The position numbers and the translations under genes are program-made. A DNA stretch of 61,340 nt, the filler included, from Dirinaria sp. TL-2023a (Eukaryota), in NCBI GenBank assembly GCA_051941275.1. It is 4 parts of 4 records of this genome, joined end to end, with 100 filler letters (N's around TTAATTAATTAA, not from the genome) between each part and the next. Parts side by side here need not be neighbours in the genome. Positions count along the whole stretch, not along the records: positions 30,793 to 46,044 come from JAVEBF010000557.1; positions 46,145 to 61,340 come from JAVEBF010000558.1; 2 more parts are not named here. One strand, written 5' to 3'. Positions within the stretch are counted from its first letter, which is position 1, and each line of letters opens with the position of its first letter. Below the pieces are notes generated by a model. That model did not search any database. It was not told the origin of the DNA and worked only from the letters and a program-made list of their open reading frames with translations. Below, in pieces: positions 43,381 to 53,451 of this stretch.

Positions 43381-44064
43381 TCTAGCTGACCGTCTCCAGA
43401 TTCATATTTTACACTCACAAGGCGTTAAGGTAAGTCATTGCGGACAAGCGCTTCGGACTTCAATAGGTCTAGGATGGCTTGAGAAGCAGAGAGCGGGGAG
43501 TGCCTTGGAAATGAAATTCAAAGGACTTGACCACACTAGAGAAGCATGCATTGTGAACAAAGGAGAAGATCCCTTCACTTAGATGGATATGGGAGGGAGG
43601 GCTCACGACCGGATCCGGCGAGTCTGAGCAAAGCCTACCATCAGTGAGTCCAATCTTCGTGCGCTTCATGGCACACAGCACATTTATATCAGCAATTTTC
43701 TACTCGTAAGCTGTCCGAAGTCAGCATCTCTGAGGAACTGCAAATGTGAGTGAACTGCCGGACCAGGTCTAGGGTTAGGCTCAGCAATGGTCGTTCGATT
43801 GATTACGTAAGATACAATCTATTTAGGGTTTGCATAAGGTAAGCCCACCAGACATCAGCACACCAACTTGGCACCAACATCTTTTCGCTGAATGATGCCT
43901 CCAAGTCAACAGAAGACGATTGAAAGGGCTTCATCAGAGGGCCCTATTAGTGATCAAAGCTCTCGCTGACTGTATTACCTGCACTCCTCGTTCCTGCGAT
44001 TTATGATTCAGACAGACGGCTATCGGGTTGCAATCAGTTCTCCGTCATGGGCATAGATCTAGGA

Positions 44065-45252
44065 TCACTGTCTTTCCGCTGTGATGATGTCGCGCCAATT
44101 GCTGCCAAACTTTGCAGACCAGATCCTGTCAATCCGGTCCGCTATTCTCTCACTGGCGTCCCTCCAGGTCTCCCAGTAATTGGTGGCTGCCAAGGATTCT
44201 TTTTCGTGTTCGGCGAGGGTTGTAATCTCGAAACAACTTCCTGCCCAGCTATCAAAATAGTTTTTGTGCGTGTTATCCATTGCGCAATTCTCCTTTGTAA
44301 ACCAGCATATAAATGACCAGACCACTTCGCCAAAACCTAAATAGTCAATCCGTGGTCCGTGAATATATTCAGGCTTGAGTGCAATTGCTTCAGAGCGGAC
44401 AAACTCATGCGTCCTCAGGTTCCGAAGGACCCACGGTTGATCCTCCGGATACAAAGTGGCCATGTCGTATTCGTCTAGGTCTTCGCAGATTCGAGATTGG
44501 AAGTTTTCTGGGAGGCGAGACCACTCTCCGAGCTTCAAGGCGAGATGTCTAAAATGATGAGACGGCCGATATTCCCGATCTTTGTAATTCTGATGTGGCA
44601 CGTACGCTACGGAATGTTGGCGTGGATATTCACGGTAGGGTTCATCTGAATCAGGGTCAAAACATCCATCTTCACTCAATTGCTCCTGCAATTGTTCTAC
44701 CTCACTGTCGGTGAGTAGGATGAGGGGGACATCCGTCGGCTCCGAATCATTTGCCACGCCGACGATACATTGTCGAGCCCAAGAACCGCAGGGAGCGACA
44801 TTCATAGCTCGAATATGCCTGTGGGCAACATTCCACAACGATTGACTCTGGATACCGAGGACAAACAAATCTCTAATACCAAGGTATTGGAATACTTCAT
44901 CAAGCAATTCGATTGGAAGACTCGACAATCCGGATGTGCCTCCAACAGCACGTAAAGTGTTGGTTCCGTCAAGACTTGAACATTCACGCTTCAGCTCGCT
45001 CGTCGTAGTGCCTCGCACAGGCGGTGTATAAAGTTCTTTGCTATACGGACGGTTAGCGAAAGCTCGCATGCATGATAGTACTTGGCCGGGGACTTGGATC
45101 AGATCAATTTGGCGATATTTGGAAGCTTGGGGCACCGCAAGATGCATCACGAAGGCCGCTGGCGATCCATCAAACAGGACGTCGTCATACTTGCCATGGA
45201 TATCAAGTTTCTCCCTTCGCGGTAATGCAATGATTCTCCAATCCTCACCCAT
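44065..45252 (-). CDS. F-box domain protein (fungal family with WVLRNL...ICW...WAG motifs)
   Basis: F-box LSSLPIELLDEVFQYLGIRDLFVLGIQSQSLW; GSWARQCIVGV; WVLRNLRTHEFVRSEAI; GFGEVVWSFICW; WAGSCFEI. Confidence 0.8.
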   Translation of the reverse strand: MGEDWRIIALPRREKLDIHGKYDDVLFDGSPAAFVMHLAVPQASKYRQIDLIQVPGQVLSCMRAFANRPYSKELYTPPVRGTTTSELKRECSSLDGTNTLRAVGGTSGLSSLPIELLDEVFQYLGIRDLFVLGIQSQSLWNVAHRHIRAMNVAPCGSWARQCIVGVANDSEPTDVPLILLTDSEVEQLQEQLSEDGCFDPDSDEPYREYPRQHSVAYVPHQNYKDREYRPSHHFRHLALKLGEWSRLPENFQSRICEDLDEYDMATLYPEDQPWVLRNLRTHEFVRSEAIALKPEYIHGPRIDYLGFGEVVWSFICWFTKENCAMDNTHKNYFDSWAGSCFEITTLAEHEKESLAATNYWETWRDASERIADRIDRIWSAKFGSNWRDIITAERQ

Positions 45253-45727
45253 TTCAGCTAGGTGTTAAATATCGAACCAGTAAAGGATAAGTAGTGGATC
45301 TTTCCGAAATGACAATGACATGGATAAGACTCGAGTATATATAATGAGGAAAGAAAAGTAAGGCATCTGTGAGTCGCGCCGCATTATTTGAGTGATCCTT
45401 GTCCATCCGTCCCCGAATTCAACAACTTAACACTCGGGTGTTCGGGCTGAGGAGGGCGCCTTCATCACGTGCATGAAGTCTTTTGTACGGTTGAATCGAC
45501 ATCTATAACACATGTGTTATGTACATGATATGTCTATGAAGACATATCTCCTCCCATTCCGTCATCATGCTAATGGAATCCTTAACAAAGCGACTTTGCA
45601 GGTAAGGGCCCACCTATCGCAGCATTGTAAATCCACACTTCCAAACCAATCCAAACCCAGATCCATCCAAGACTCAGCAGCAGCCCGGTTTCCCAACCAC
45701 CACCACTACCAAGCCACCATCCCAACA

Positions 45728-46044
45728 ATGGAATCCCCCACCACGAACCCCCCAACCATCATCATAGCTCATCTCGTCCCCTCCGGCGCCCCAATCCGGG
45801 CCGAACTCGTCACCCAGCTGAAAAGCACCTACAAACCGCAGCGCACATCCACGGGCCGCATCGAAATCGTCCCGACCGGCGAGGTCAAGGAAGTGAAGCG
45901 GCTCGTGCCACCAGGTGGGCTGCGCGGGAAATCAATCGAGCAGTGCGATCGCGAGGTCTGGGATAGGGGATTGACTTTGAAGAGCGCGATGGTGGAGGGG
46001 GAGGGGTTGGTGATGGGGGTCGTGGATCTGGACAGGATTAAGGG
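45728..46044 (+). CDS. Hypothetical protein, 3'-truncated at contig end
   Basis: ATG in ACAATGG context and an open frame to the spacer with coding-like composition; no recognisable domain. Confidence 0.45.
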
Positions 46045-46144
46045 NNNNNNNNNNNNNNNNNNNNNNNNNNNNNNNNNNNNNNNNNNNNTTAATTAATTAA
46101 NNNNNNNNNNNNNNNNNNNNNNNNNNNNNNNNNNNNNNNNNNNN
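46045..46144. other. Artificial contig-joining spacer
   Basis: N44-TTAATTAATTAA-N44. Confidence 0.98.
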
Positions 46145-46332
46145 ACCCGATCCCCCAATCCTCCCTGACCTCCATATTACATGGTCTATGGTCTCGTGAG
46201 GATTCCATCGGTGACAAAACACGTTTCGTTCTGTTCGGGCCGCTAGATTAATTGAGAGCCGCCTTTGAAGAGATAGGATTTTTTAGGTTATTGGTTCTGT
46301 CACAGATACGGGCGGTACATACATAAATACGA

Positions 46333-47042
46333 TAGCCACACCACCCCTTCTTCGCATATACGCCATCTTTGCTTTGCTCATACACCACCCTCTCCACTAG
46401 ACCTATCTAGACAGGATCTATGCCTCATAGAGTAAGCATTCCGCGCTTCGGATCATTACTCTTGTAGATTCCCAACTGCTTTCCATTGCAAATAAGGGAC
46501 TCTGACCCGATCTATATACGCAAAATTAAGGGTCATAGGACACTAGGCCCTGACCCTCTAATCGTGACTAGCTTTACTAGCTTCCTTGACATCGTCAGAG
46601 CCTCTAATGAATTCTGACCGCTACACGACAAAGTTCTGCGTGTTACTTGCAGTGACGCTCTGAAAAAAAACTCAAGTGTCATCGACTGCTGAATGCATCA
46701 AATTCGCATCAGAGCACAAATTGATAAGTGGTCATCGTATATATAATTGCATGGCCTAGAGACACTAGAACGATTACATTTTAAAACTGTTCACTCAAAA
46801 GTCTGAAACGTCATGTATCTCGTGAGTCTTGTCATTGTTTTACTCTTTTCGATGATATAGCTCTTCGCAACATTTTGTTGTTCATATTTCTCAGAAGCAG
46901 TTTTAGTGACGATACTCGCGCTGTTATAGACTGATTATCATGTTATCTCAGACATAGATCCTGCCTAAAGAAGTCTAGTGAAGAGGGTGGTGTATGAGGA
47001 AAGCAAAGGTGGTGTATATGCAAAGAGGGGGTGGTGTGGCTA
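46333..47042. mobile_element. Non-autonomous DNA transposon / MITE (710 bp) with 93-bp TIRs, probably Tc1/mariner superfamily
   Basis: 46333-46425 aligns ungapped to the reverse complement of 46950-47042 with 11 mismatches in 93 nt (9 transitions). Flanks are GA (left) and TA (right). No internal ORF. Confidence 0.88.
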
Positions 47043-47399
47043 TAAAGGTTACCCACAAATAAATACATGAGAAAAAAAAAAAAGGAAATCAGGAATCGAG
47101 CATTGGATGGAGATGGGGGAGTTGATAGATTTTTTTTTTTTCAGATTGAGGAATGCTTTAATTGGGTATTGTATTGTATTGTTATTTCAAATGTCCGTGA
47201 ACAAAGTGAACCCCCCCCCCCAAAAAATCTTTGTTTTGACATGGGTAAAGTAGTCGATATGTATATACCTGTCCGACAAGTACCGTAGGTACAAAACATT
47301 CCTAAAGTATGCTCGCTAAGTAAGATACATCAGACGCTCCTTTTCCCCGGCGCGCTGTTGAGGAAAAATCTCTCCACGCACAAACCGCCCTGATTTAGA

Positions 47400-49304
47400 C
47401 TACGCCGTGTCCCTACCCAGACCCTCCTTATACCTCTTCAAAGCTCTATCCCTGCCCACTTTATGCTCAACACACATAGTCGGATACCCCTCTCGCCGGG
47501 CCCTCTTCGCCTCACCTCTACCATACGGATCATGGATCGCCTTGCCCTTGACATCCTTCAACTCAGGGACCCATTTGCGGATATACTCCCCCTCGGGATC
47601 AAAGCGCTCGCTCTGGAGGATGGGGTTGAAGATGCGGAAATAGGGCTGCGGGTCGACGCCGCTGGAGGCGCTGAACCCCCAGCCGCCGTTGTTGGACGCG
47701 AAATCGCCGTCGATGAGGCGGGTCATGAAGTAGCGCTCCCCGAGGCGCCAGTCGATCAGGAGGTCCTTGGCCAGGAAGGAGGCCACGCCCATGCGCGCCC
47801 GGTTGTGCATGTAGCCCGTGGAATTCAGCTGCCGCATCGCGGCGTCGATGAACGGGTAGCCCGTGTGTCCCTCGCACCAGGCGTGGAACAGGTCCATGTC
47901 GTACTCCCATTGGATGTTCGTGTACTCGGGTTTGAAGGATTTGTTCATGCAGACGAACGGCCAGTGCGCGAGCACGTGTTTGTAAAAATCTCGCCAGCCG
48001 ATTTCCGAGATCCAGCCCGCGATCCCTTTGTGCCCGCCGTCGAGCTTGCCGGTGTTGTTGGCTGCGCGGGCGCTGGCCACCGCGGTTCTTGCGCTGAGGG
48101 TGCCGGAGGCAAGATGCACACTTATGACCGCTGTCGCGTTCGCAGCGGGGAAGTTGCGGTTGTCTTTGTAGCTTTCGACTCTTTCCGAGAGGAATTTGGC
48201 TAGGCGGTCATGCGCTTCGTGTTCGCCTGCTGGCCACATGCTCTGAAATCGTCTGCTTTCCTCTTCGGTCAGCGTCCTGTTGGCCGGCGCTTCTGGTATC
48301 GGGCTGTCGAAGAGATTCCGGTGATCTTCACGTGTGCTGGGAGGATTTTGAGCCGGAGGCGGGAAGAGATCGAGTTGGTGAGGATTCTGGTGGATATGCG
48401 CAACCCAGGACCGGAACCAGGGGCTATATACCGCATATTGGTTGCCGGCTCCAGTGCGTAATTCTCCAGGAGCGACAACGCAGGTATCTGGCTCGACCGT
48501 GAAAGCGATGCCTTTCTTCAGCCCTTCTCTCACCATGCTTGCTTCTCGCCGCAGTTCATCGACTTCATACTCGACATTGGCGTACATGTGACTAGCAACC
48601 CACTTCTCGCAAAGTTCGAAAATACGCCGTGGGATATCCTTTCGTTCGTCAATGGTCTCGACGTAGAGCGGTATATCCAGCTTTGCCAGATCTTCTTTCA
48701 ATATCTGTAGTGTTCTCAGGACGAAGTCTACGCGGACGGCGCTAGTGCAATGCGCCTTATAATCCTGCGGCGATATTATGTGTAGGCAGATCAACGGTAC
48801 CCCGTTCGATTTCGCCTTCTGCGACGCCAGATGTAATGCCTTGTTATCCTTTGTTCTTAGGTCGCACTTGAACCAATGCACGACTGCGCTGTGGACCTCG
48901 GTATGTTCTCTTTCCGACTCCGTATCCTTCAATGCCTCTTCGAGCAGCTCAATTGGTCGCGGTATCTCATTGCTGTTATACTGCGCACACCGCGCGTTCG
49001 TCATTTCCGGTGGGTAGAACTCGCGATCGATGATGCCGTATTTCTCCTCCTCTGTAGAATCTTTGTAGGCCGGGAAGTCGCCCTTGGGTCGCTTGACAGG
49101 TGCATCGGCCGACTCGGCATTCTTGCGTTTCGTGCCGAATATGGCGGTTGCTTTATCTTCTTTTGCGCCTTCTGGAGGCATAGCAGTGCCGTAGAAGCAG
49201 GCAGTCCTAGGTAGGAGCGTGGAGCAGCGTTGAAGGAAAATCAGCTTAGTTGGTTGAAAATGTAGCCTATAGCGCTGAGGGGAAAGCAGTAATCGCAGGG
49301 ACAT
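47400..49304 (-). CDS. PHR1: Class I CPD DNA photolyase
   Basis: VHWFKCDLRTKDNKAL, YAVYSPW, PAGEHEA, WRDFY, GHTGYPFIDAAMRQL, GYMHNRARM, DGDFASNNGGW, DPQPYFRIFNP, YIRKWVPEL. Confidence 0.97.
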   Translation of the reverse strand: MSLRLLLSPQRYRLHFQPTKLIFLQRCSTLLPRTACFYGTAMPPEGAKEDKATAIFGTKRKNAESADAPVKRPKGDFPAYKDSTEEEKYGIIDREFYPPEMTNARCAQYNSNEIPRPIELLEEALKDTESEREHTEVHSAVVHWFKCDLRTKDNKALHLASQKAKSNGVPLICLHIISPQDYKAHCTSAVRVDFVLRTLQILKEDLAKLDIPLYVETIDERKDIPRRIFELCEKWVASHMYANVEYEVDELRREASMVREGLKKGIAFTVEPDTCVVAPGELRTGAGNQYAVYSPWFRSWVAHIHQNPHQLDLFPPPAQNPPSTREDHRNLFDSPIPEAPANRTLTEEESRRFQSMWPAGEHEAHDRLAKFLSERVESYKDNRNFPAANATAVISVHLASGTLSARTAVASARAANNTGKLDGGHKGIAGWISEIGWRDFYKHVLAHWPFVCMNKSFKPEYTNIQWEYDMDLFHAWCEGHTGYPFIDAAMRQLNSTGYMHNRARMGVASFLAKDLLIDWRLGERYFMTRLIDGDFASNNGGWGFSASSGVDPQPYFRIFNPILQSERFDPEGEYIRKWVPELKDVKGKAIHDPYGRGEAKRARREGYPTMCVEHKVGRDRALKRYKEGLGRDTA

Positions 49305-49773
49305 GCAATTGCGACAATTGGTTAATTACCCAGCGTAACAGGAAATGGGCAATTTGATCGAGAAGATGAGACGAAAACTACCTAGGGATCAACTGCGATC
49401 AAATGACGACAGAATCCGGACAAGGACAAGATAAGCGAGTTCTTGGCATGATCGAATTCGCAATAACTTAATTCCGAATCCGGACATAAAGCTTTATCAC
49501 AAGGTAAGTCACAGCCATACCAAAAACGAATTGAATCGCTAGTAGGATTTGGAAACCGCAGTCTCTAGAATTGCATGAAGCTCGAGCAATCAAACTGAGA
49601 CTGGTACACAGTTGAGAGACCAGTGACACGCACTTTGAATGGCACGATTGTTTCGTACTGAGGTGGCTCCCAACTCTAGGTCGCTATTCGAGAAAGGGGA
49701 CTCTGGTAGACTGTAGACTTTGTCACCATTGGCCAATACTCCTCGCTGGCAGGATACCACTTGGTCGAGTGGT

Positions 49774-51589
49774 TTATAAAGGACCCAAGCCTAAGCTTCT
49801 CACGACTCTCGCCTCATCCGCCTGCCGCTCTAAAGCCCTTCTCATCCTTTCTTGCATTTCCCTCTCTTCTCTTGCTTGGTCGTCCAGAAGTTCTCCCTGC
49901 CACGGACCAAAGCGAGGATTCTTTCGAAAGCCTACGATGCCGATCTTTTCACCGGTCCATACTGCCAGTTCACTTCGTGGCCCATCGTGGAAAGGCACGA
50001 TCTTTCGAGCCACGTGGCCTGAAGCTGCTGCGCTTGGGGCAGCAAAGATTCCTCGCCGTAACTCGTGATCGACGTCTTCATTGATATTCCATCTCCGTAC
50101 AAGCGTGCGTCCATCCCTCTCTACCCATTTCAGCATTCCGTCTCCGTCGCTGAAGACGATGCATCTACCGTGCGACGAAACGGACAGCAACTTCGAGCTT
50201 GAGGCCGAAGTGCGGTTGAAAGAACTGGTTTCCCGAGAAAACGGATACCTGCCGGAATGTGGAATGGCGTACATATCCAGAGCGCCTTTGCCATTGTATT
50301 CACCGCAGGCAATAAGATCATTCCGATCGGGAGACGAGAAGCATGCAAGGCTCGACAGCTTAGCGCCACTGTAGCTTGTCCCATACAGTTTCGGGAACGT
50401 GCGTCGATCATAAGTCATTATAACTGGAAAGCGCCCAGCCACTTTGATAGATTCGCTAAAAGGAAGATGAAGGATGGAGAGCGGGCAGGTGTGTGATAGG
50501 GGAGCCGCCAGCTCCGATGGGTCCCCAGAGAGGAGACGGTGAAAGTTTGCGGAGCTATCGCGGCCGGCAGATGGTAAAGAGGCGCCAGAATCAAGCCTGC
50601 CATCGTGAGCGTCGGTACCGGACGAGGTATTCTTTGACCAGCGCGGGTCATGTAGATGGAGGCTCAGGGTGGTCCCAACCGTGAGAGGGGATGGGTAGTC
50701 TATCTCCGAGAGAGCGGAGATGGGTGACGGGTATCTATAGTGTGAAACAAGCTGTAGAGTCTCGAGGTCCACCTCATTCAAACCATTCTGTACGGCGAAG
50801 TAGGCTTTGCAACGATGTCTGTCTACGCTTACACACTCCACAGGCGTAGTGCTCATTGCTTTCTCGCTTGTCTGAGTGACTTGGGATGACGAAGGTCTTT
50901 GTGTTCCGTTGGCGGTGAGAAGTCCTCGCTTGCTGGTGGCTATGATGTTCCCACAGATCCGACTCGCCGGTCCGTTGTCGCGCCCAACGTTCCATATCGA
51001 GACACTGCCGTCTTCTCGCGGAGCTACGATTTGCTCCCCGGCCGCGCCAAACACACCTAATCCTCTGATCTCATAATGGTCGTCGTCATATGCTGTTTCA
51101 TCGCGTAATGCCGGTTGCAGCCAGCTTAGAGAAAGGGGCGCGTGCCTGGCAACGTAATCGGCGTACCAGTCGAAGTCTTCCGCAGGAATAGCATCATTAG
51201 GCCTCCACACAATATCGTCGCTGAGAGACCGTTCCCTGGGTATTACTACAAAGGGTTCAGACGCTGAGCCCCCGCCGTTTTGTGCGGCAGAGCGCGCCGC
51301 TGCCCTCAGTTGGATAATTGCAGGGTCATGGACAGGGACGGGACCTCCAGAAAGTAATTCTTGTCTTATTAATCGTGCGAGAGCTGAATATGAGCCTTCG
51401 TTCAATGTCAATTTCCTCCACAGCTCACTGCCACGGGCGACCTTAAGGAAGAGTTTCGAAACTAGGTGAAGGTTGATGAGTTCATGTGGGTTCAAGTCTG
51501 TAAAACTATCAGCATGAGTCTTTCATATCGCAGTGAGGTAAATTACAGGAAAGGATATGTAGTAGAAGCTCATCTGGAAGAGTGTCCAT
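49774..51589 (-). CDS. F-box protein with probable beta-propeller (WD40-like) C-terminus; exons 51547-51589, 49774-51497
   Basis: Spliced F-box MDTLPDELLLHILSYLNPHELINLHLVSKLFLKVARGSELWR; WD-like APREDGSVSIWN and VFSDGDGMLKW. Confidence 0.85.
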
Positions 51590-51952
51590 GTTGCTGCTGA
51601 AGGTCCAAATCTCTTTGCAATGAAGTACAGCATAATCGATAATATTAAGTCCGATGTGGCTTCGGCGATAAGTTTCCGCATTAGGAAAGTACCTCGGCGC
51701 ACGCAGACGCCCAATTGGCTCCAATCTGCGGACTCTTCTTGGGAACTTCATTTTGATGTGCACATTTTTCAGTCATGAATTGACAGAGGATTTCATTTCG
51801 AATTATATCTAATGCAGCGATTTATTTCTCGGAGTGTGACGCACTTTCTGGTCTAGCACACGCTTACCTGTGTATTACATAGGCCTCTCCTGCTATCTAC
51901 AATTCAGCAACATACAAGTAGGTAGACTTATTTCTCCATCTACTTCTCAAGA

Positions 51953-53009
51953 ATGCGAGCGATCCAGATAAAAGAGTACCTGAAGGTAGAATTTCCATAT
52001 ATTTCCATCACTCAGACTTATACCACCTTAGGGACCCCACGAACTTACTGTGACTACTCTCTCTGATCCCGTCCCTTCTTCGTCCCAGTATCTCATTGCG
52101 ATCCACGCGACCGCAACCAATTTCTTCGATCTCCTCCAGATCCGCGGTAAATACCAGCACCAGCCGCCTCTGCCTTGGATCTCTGGCTCCGAGTTCGCCG
52201 GTGTCGTACTCTCAACACCCTCAAATAAGCCCGCTCCTGTTTTCAAAGTCGGCGACAGAGTTTTTGGTGCGGCGCAGGGCGGCTATGCGACACGAATATG
52301 CTGCGAAGAAGACCGATTGAAGCCAGTACCACGCGGCTGGAGTTTTCTCGACGCGGCAGGCTTGATGATCACTGCGCCGACTAGCTACGCGGCGCTGGTG
52401 ACCAGGGCAGGCGTTAAGAAGGGCGACTTTGTGCTGGTGCACGCTGCTGCTGGAGGTGTGGGGCTGGCCGCTGTGCAGGTCGCAAAGGCTTTCGGCGCTA
52501 CCGTGATTGCGACTGCTGGATCCGCGCGAAAGCTGGAGGTCGCGAGGAGTTTTGGCGCTGATCATGGGGTGAATTACAAAGCCAAGGGTTGGGAAGAGGA
52601 AGTCAAGAAACTCACACCAAAGGGCAGAGGAGTGGACATTATCTTCGATCCTGTGGGGATGGTCAATACGAGCTTGAAATGCATAGCGTGGAATGGGCGA
52701 GTATTAATAATTGGCTTCGCTGCTGGTGATATTGAGAAAGTAGCGATGAACCGAGTTTTATTGAAAAACATCAGTCTTGTCGGGCTGCATTGGGGAGTGT
52801 ATGCGAAAGAGGAACCAGAGACGGTAAAGACGGTTTGGGATGGTTTATTCAAGCTGATGGAGCAGGGCAAATTTCGAGGCACTGGGTTCAGAGATAGAGA
52901 ATTTGTAGGATTGGAAAGTGTTGGCAAAGCCTTGGGGATGCTTGGAGACCGAAATACATGGGGCAAAGTTGTAGTTTCTGTGCCACAAGATAGACCAAGT
53001 AAGTTATAG
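51953..53009 (+). CDS. NADPH:quinone oxidoreductase, zeta-crystallin/MDR family; exons 51953-51985, 52032-53009
   Basis: MRAIQIKEYLK+GP; NFFDLLQIRGKYQ, GSEFAG, VLVHAAAGGVGLAAVQ, GVDIIFDPVG, GKVVV. Confidence 0.93.
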
Positions 53010-53451
53010 TATTGATGCCAAAGAACCTCAACGTTCAGACGTGCCATGAAACATCTCCGGAACTCAGAAGAGAAATGGCGACTCGCTGGTGAAAGTCAAA
53101 AAGGAGATAAGCGCTCTGTTCGGTGGATGAGTCTGGCTTGAATACGTAGAAACTCAACTCGACGAGGACAGAGTGTGCACATGCAGAATCTCCTGTCGGT
53201 GAAAACCATGTTGATAGTAGTCTACTTACCAGGCTTCACGTTGGCGGTGTTACTGCATATCAGCCGACCGTCCTCGAGCGTCATATACAGCGGGCTACGA
53301 TCCAGGCTTGGGAAGAGCGGCCGTCACAGAAATGATCCAAAGGACAGCGATGAATATCTATAACTGCTCATTGACCAGTAGAATATTCAACCCAATGCTT
53401 CAATCCTTCACCTGCTGCCTACCTATCTCACGGCGAGGCCAGGGCAGGACA

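Noticed and set aside
43768..43830. TAGGGTTAGG / TTTAGGG as interstitial telomere
   Set aside because: Fewer than two full TTAGGG units; within chance.
47590..48110. GC-rich 3' part of the photolyase gene as a foreign or chimeric segment
   Set aside because: The protein is collinear with normal fungal photolyases, and similar local GC3 rises occur in other genes here.
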